A stretch of DNA of 14,522 bases from Azolla caroliniana (Eukaryota > Plantae > Polypodiophyta): the NCBI GenBank assembly GCA_043228905.1, contig JBHGNT010000864.1, positions 1 through 14,522 of the forward strand. Direction: 5' to 3'. The stretch's first letter is position 1; each line of letters begins with the position of its first letter. Made by a program: the position numbers and the translations under genes. This document shows positions 8,956 to 14,522 of this stretch, one piece after another. The notes beneath the pieces were generated by a model. It was not told the origin of the DNA and searched no databases. It saw nothing but the letters and a program-made list of their open reading frames with translations.

Positions 8956-9937
8956 TTTATATATAAAACCCATGGCAATCATGATGTGGTCTTTGTACAA
9001 GTCAACTAGTTGATATTATTGTTTATATCCTTCTCTTTTTCGGTTCTAATCTTGTATCTAGATTTTTATTGATTCTTGCTTTTGTTCTATTCCTACATCT
9101 ATAGCCCTAGCTGACTATGACAAACATGTTGTATGTCCATGCACATGATGTTTAGACACATGCTATTTGGACAAATATCATGTACACGTAAATAAGATTC
9201 CATTATGATGGTCATATAGATACAACATATATGCACATACCATTCATAAAGACCTTTTGCATGCATGTGAGGCACAGTGCATCTTGGAACGATCTCAAAC
9301 TAGAAGATTGTTTGATAATGCATGCATGCTTGTGTGCCAAATCTTGGTGTTTCTCTCAGAGGACACCTGGGTAAAGACTATTTTGTTTGCAGATGCGCAT
9401 CTGCTACACGCTTATATTGCATGTGTATGTCCACATTCACATTACCCACAGGCAGAGAGACCATACACATCTCAACACACAACTCATTGTGGCAAGGTAT
9501 GCACTTGTGCCAGATGTATGTTGCATTTTCTCGTGACAGACAAGTCATAAAGGCTCGAGGTGAGTCGTCCATGTGGGAATGTGTGAACACGGACAAGTGA
9601 ATGAAGGAAGAAGCCAACAATGTGAATGAATGAATGAATGCACAGTACGTAATATACTCGAATGCATTGGAAAACATTCTTGGTTCATAAGAATGCCAAC
9701 GAATGCGTATGTTATCACACCATTCTTATGTTTTTTTAAAATATTTTTCACCTTAACTTTCTTACCTTAAAATTTTATTTCACCTTATAATAAATAACGA
9801 ATACAAAAGTATTGTATTTACCATACTCGAATGGTTGAAACATTCTCGAATTCGAAGGAGAGTATGGTACGTATGGTTCATAGTACACGAATGAAGGAAT
9901 GAAATTGGCCTTCAAACTTCTCTCCCTTTCTTCTTTT

Positions 9938-9967
9938 AGAAGAAGAAGAAGAAGAAGAAGAAGAAGA
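9938..9967 (+). repeat. (AGA)10 microsatellite, likely 5' UTR or proximal promoter
   Basis: Perfect repeat about 95 bp upstream of the kinase ATG. Confidence 0.95.
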
Positions 9968-10061
9968 CTGAGAAGCAGTGGAAAGAGAAGGTGAAGAAAG
10001 AAAGGATCTATGGAAGAGGGGTCCTCCCTTCTTCTGCTTCTGTTTCTGATCCTGCCCCACC

Positions 10062-11255
10062 ATGCTGCAGAGCACCGACTCCAGGAAGGAACTCATGCTC
10101 TCCAGCTCCGCCATGGTGGAGAAGAAGAGATCATCGGATCCTCCTTCCTCCCCTGCTCTGGTTGTGGGTCATTGTTGCCATGATTCTATCAAGACGTCTT
10201 CAGGATCTTGCTTCGAAGCTCTGGGGGGGTCTGCTTCGTATATTTCCAACATATTTGATGCTCTGGGCATACCCCTCCGCCTCGTCTCCAAGGTGGGGCC
10301 CGATTTTGCATACTCTGATCTCCTGTCGCACCATCCCCCCACCATAGCCTCCTCCTCCTCCACCACTCACTTCTTTGCAGACTTCACCCTCGGCGATGAA
10401 AGGGTCCTTCGCACCGGTCCCGTATGCGAACCCATCTTCCCCTCCGATATCCCTTTTCTCTGTCATTACCATGGCGATGGCGATGACATGATCAGAGATG
10501 GAGATGGAGATGGAGATGCTCCTCAAGCCCAGACCATATGTAAGTCTATAGCCCCCTTCTACGATATACGCCTGCAAGCAGGTAACGATGATGATTACTG
10601 TGAAGATGAAGACCTAATCTGTCGTAGCGATGACACCATCAGAGAAGGAAAGGGTGATGATGATTCCTTCATTGGGAAAGAAAGGGTCCTCCCGACCAAA
10701 CCACCCGATTATTCCTCGGACATCCCATTGCATGATGGTCGCCTCCGCTTTCGGTTCCATGTTGGATTGGCCGTGGGAATCGTGGGCGAGATCTCGGTCG
10801 AGACACTCGAGAAGATGGCCGATGTGTGTACCCACCTCGTTGTGGACGTCCAAGCTCTCATCCGGTCCATCGATCCCGACACCGGTCTTGTCGGCCTCAA
10901 GAGGCTCGAAGAAACCCCGTTCTATCATCTCCTCCATCGAGTCTCCTTCCTGAAGGCCGCCCAAAACGAGTCTCTCTTCGTCAATATAGAGGATGCAAGG
11001 AAGAAGACCTCGGTTATAGTCACCCAAGGAAAGCTTGGATGCACGGTATATTGCAAAGAGAGTCAGTTCAGTTTACCTGCCTTTGAAGCCGAGGAAGAAG
11101 ACCCTACAGGTGCAGGTGATAGTTTTCTCGCCGGGTTCTCAGCTGGTCTCTATCAAGGATTCTCGGTGAGAGATGCCGCACTTATGGGTAATTACTTTGG
11201 TGCTCTTGCTGTGGGTCAAGTGGGTCTTCCTAGATTCTCCGAACAGGATATCCAG
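10062..11255 (+). CDS. MIK: Myo-inositol kinase / inositol 3-kinase (pfkB/ribokinase family), exon 1
   Basis: pfkB signature DPTGAGDSFLAG. MIK-type blocks LVVGHCCHD, EALGGSASYIS, VSKVGPDFAY, GEISVETLEKM, VDVQALIR, FLKA, GNYFG, VGLPRF. Phase-0 donor CAG|GTATAT at 11255/11256. The start could be a downstream ATG (10095 or 10113). Confidence 0.9.
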
Positions 11256-12492
11256 GTATATCCCCTTCCTTTTTGAAATGTATACTCTAAAATTGAAGTC
11301 ACTCTCCCCCCCCCAAAGTGATCGAAACGTTAGGGTTCTGACAATGTGAACAAGATGCCAGTTGGCACCAAATGATGCATCTGCATCTACAGATTGCAAG
11401 ACCGATAGATTCAATTGCTAAAGCATAGAAAACCCCTTGCCAGGATTACGGAAACTTTCCATATGGTTTCATGGATATAGCCTGGTTTTTTAAATGTTGA
11501 CTAAAAAGTGTATTTGAACTTGAATAACACTGGGACTAGAAAAAGATCTAATCTGCATCATAGTTTTCATGAAACTACTGGAAAAAACTAGAAATAGGGA
11601 CACAATGCATAAACAGTGAAGGCACAGGAACTATTAGTACTGCACAGATGGCTATTATTGGAGTGTTGGCTTTCCAGTTTCAATAAACAATTGAGGATAA
11701 AATGCTTGTGGTCTTTTGTGCTTTTTTCACATTATCAGGCAGATCATGTTTTTACATTTATGTTCTCTGAATTTTCCAGTTTCAATAAACATCATCAGTG
11801 TAGGTTATATTTTACAAGTTTGTGGTCTCTTCAACTCTAAAGAGTCACGACAACAAGCATAGTTGACGCTTTTCAGCATCGATTTGGCGTAGTCATGCAA
11901 GATGCATTCCATATTGTATTTGTCTGTATGATGATGGGACAGAAAGACAGAAAATGCATGCCCATTGTGATAGTTTCAAATATGTTTACATTACGATTTG
12001 TTCATGTATGATGGTTTTGTCATTTCGGGATATGTATGGTTTACTATGATTTCCAGAATCCTGAACTTTGGAAGTGTAGTTATTGAAACACCAGTGTTTG
12101 CCTAATCTATTGGTTAAGCAATGTGCAGTCAATTCATTTTATTATTGAATCGAAAGAGTCTGTTCAACGAAACTTCTCTTTCTTTTTTTGTATGAAAATT
12201 ACCCAACATTGCGATAAAGGAGAATAATGTTTTTATTCAATTAACAAGCTGAGGTAACCATAACAGAAAACAGTCCGAGTAGTTGTCCTTTGAGAAAGAT
12301 GCTGGTACACATTGATTATGAGAGGTATGTTTTACAAATATTTTTACGTCATCACAGTTTGAAGAGAAGAAGGAAATTTTGAGGAGTGAATTTATTTGGG
12401 TCATTCTTTGAATGTATAATGTTATTATATATGTTTATGTTTTTTGGAACTTCAGTTGATTTTCTCTTTTCCTTTTTCTTTGCAAGCTACAG
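11256..12492 (+). other. Predicted intron of the kinase gene
   Basis: GT at 11256, AT-rich body, long polypyrimidine tract at ~12460-12481, then GCAAGCTACAG. Confidence 0.7.
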
Positions 12493-12561
12493 AAGGTTCG
12501 CATGATTGTTAATGGGCAGAGGATCTTGTCAGAAAATGATACAAATGGCTTCTCAGAATGA
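12493..12561 (+). CDS. MIK: Myo-inositol kinase, predicted terminal exon 2
   Basis: Phase-0 exon KVRMIVNGQRILSENDTNGFSE*. The junction RFSEQDIQ|KVRxxV resembles the KVKxEV that, as I recall, follows this position in angiosperm MIKs. Gives a 420-aa protein. Confidence 0.65.
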   Translation, partial: KVRMIVNGQRILSENDTNGFSE

Positions 12562-13034
12562 AAAAGAAGACGAAGACGACCACGAAAGAAACAAAGATCA
12601 CCATGAAACATACACGATTTGGTTATTGGATATTTCAAACTTTTTTGGTTCATTGGTTCACTCTTTTTATTTTAAAATATAGAAATTATTTTCTTCTCAG
12701 ACCTCATATTTTTATTATCAGGTTCCCTAAATAAGATTCATATATTAGGGTTTGAACCCTTTTAAGTTAAAATGGTCAGGTGTTTAAGATCCATCATTAA
12801 CTCGTAATGTTTAATGAGCTGCACTTATCGTTTCTTCGTGGGGGATTCTCAATGAAATTGGAAATTCTTTAGCAATTGTCCTGTTGGGTGGTCAATGGAT
12901 TGTTAAAAGGTAAGGGCTAAATAAATTTAAAGGAATTTGGTTAATAGTGATTTATTGTTCATCAGCAATGTGAAGAGATGCGATGCCATAAGGATGGGAA
13001 GCGTTGCCTATGTGGAGCCTTTTGGTGATACCTG

Positions 13035-13123
13035 TATTGATTATGGCTTGAAGGATCTGAACCTCTTTACAATAGCTAAATATCTATTATATTGATGGCT
13101 TGAGGATTTATGAACCTCTCTAC
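13035..13123. repeat. Short degenerate direct duplication
   Basis: TATTGA..TGGCTTGA..GGAT..TGAACCTCT.TAC at 13035 and 13090. Confidence 0.65.
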
Positions 13124-13875
13124 GAGAATGGAAGAATGATTAATTTCATTACACGTTGATTAATCTAATTAAGGATCATCCAAATTCATGGCTTGGTAAT
13201 GTATGGTAGAGTAGTTCCATCTATGGAGGATTACTTCTATACACAATGGAGATAAGTAGTATGGTGTGCATTGAATAGAATAGATGTTTTATAGTCCATG
13301 ATGAAGCCAAATTTGACCCATGGAACCAAATCAACATATCTTGTATGTGATTCCTTCTTAAGAAGGAAGGTTGCTAATCTGAAGTAAGAACTCTTATGTG
13401 AAAATAATGGACAAAACATATGTGCTTACCCTTCATGGTGGACATTTGAGTATGACACTTACATTGTCATGCCAATTGAACAAGTCGTTATATTTTTTGA
13501 GAACTACTTTATACATTGAGCATATGATAAGTGATATTCATCCTCCATTAGTTTTCATTCTATAGGTGACGATGCAATGATGCTACGTCAACGCCTAACT
13601 TGTATGAGTGAGTTTGAAGAAGTGTTAAGGCTCTCTGAGAACCAATGCTCATGGAGGTATTGAGATGTAATCGGATACATTCTCACAATTTTACCTTGTA
13701 TAGGGGAACATTAGCACATACACAACAACAAAACTATAAACTTTCACCCTTATCCATCCCCGTACCTCTTGTACGGGCAACACTTGCCTAGGTTTACTAT
13801 GAGCCCTTTTTCATGGCAAAAACCATCAACAACATTGAGAAGCTTTTGTAGACTAACATGATATTTAGAGATCAA

Positions 13876-13942
13876 GATTCCCTTTCCACCTCCATGTATG
13901 ATGACTAACATTATGATTCCCTTGCCACCTCCATGTATGATG
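13876..13942. repeat. 28-bp direct repeat, 39-bp period
   Basis: GATTCCCTTKCCACCTCCATGTATGATG at 13876 and 13915. Confidence 0.9.
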
Positions 13943-14189
13943 TAATTTGCTACCTCGTCAATGTAAAGTCCAATGAGGCTAGGGGAGAGTGGAGCATCCT
14001 TGCTTCACATTAATGGTGCTTGTGATTACCTCTAAATGTCTCCCTAGACACCTAACTCATCCGAACACTTGCTCGTGTAGTGCATATATAGACCATATAT
14101 TGTGAGAGGGAATTTTGTGTGGCCCTAGTAAAATATCGGCACTAGGGAGACATTCTTTTTACGTGATTGATCCCTTGGGAGGGAAGTAA

Positions 14190-14522
14190 CTATCGGCAAT
14201 GGTTCGGTTCGGTTTTGAGGGTGTCAAACTCAAACCGTTTAAAAAAATTGAAACTTAAACGAAGTGAACCACGAAACCATTTAAACCAAACCGTTAGGGA
14301 AAATCTAAACTCAAACCAAACGGTTTTAGAGATTTTCAAATCGTTGAAACCACAATTTCGTGATTTGGTTTCGGTTTTCAAGTTAGGTGAAATTTTTAAT
14401 TTTTTACCAAAAATGTCAGAATTAGGCTTAAAATGAAAAGGTAAAGCAGAAAAATATTTAAGAAAAAAGATTCACGTGACAACTTAAACCATTTAAACCC
14501 CGGTTTCAAACCGGTTGAACTG
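14190..14522. mobile_element. AAACCG/CGGTTT-rich repeat, probably a non-autonomous hAT-like or MITE end, truncated by window
   Basis: Starts GGCAATGGTTCGGTTCGGTTTT and contains many AAACC(G) and (C)GGTTT motifs in both orientations, like subterminal repeats of plant DNA transposons. No second terminus is visible. Confidence 0.5.

Noticed and set aside
9257-9751. Cys/His-rich short ORFs in several frames
   Set aside because: Product of ATGC/CA-rich low-complexity sequence, with no consistent frame or motif.
9878-11414. Alternative-frame and antisense ORFs overlapping the kinase exon
   Set aside because: Explained as shadows of the kinase CDS and the AGA microsatellite.
13566-13663. Possible extra exon after TTTTCATTCTATAG with a short open frame (DDAMMLRQRL...)
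   Set aside because: The open frame is not compatible with the phase-0 donor at 11255, and the phase-0 frame stops after 4 codons. It could only be a UTR exon and cannot be supported without transcripts.

Overview
Land-plant nuclear DNA. Bases 1-7866 are a young but inactivated Ty1/copia LTR retrotransposon resembling Tto1/Tnt1 (Tork type). It has a 5' LTR truncated by the window edge, a tRNA-iMet PBS, gag-PR-INT-RT-RNaseH in one phase with two nonsense codons, a PPT and a 706-bp 3' LTR. Its integrase is split by a ~2.55-kb AT-rich insert with no target-site duplication. On the minus strand the insert carries fragmentary motifs that I read, tentatively, as a decayed KDZ/CxC-type (Zisupton-like) transposase, followed by degenerate ~125-bp repeats. 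The young element is strongly enriched in CCGG and is nested, in opposite orientation, in the gag of an older copia element (7867-~8760). Downstream is a two-exon pfkB-family myo-inositol (inositol 3-) kinase gene (10062-11255, 12493-12561) with an unusual ~90-aa acidic internal duplication. The window ends in an AAACCG-rich, probably non-autonomous DNA-transposon-like repeat.
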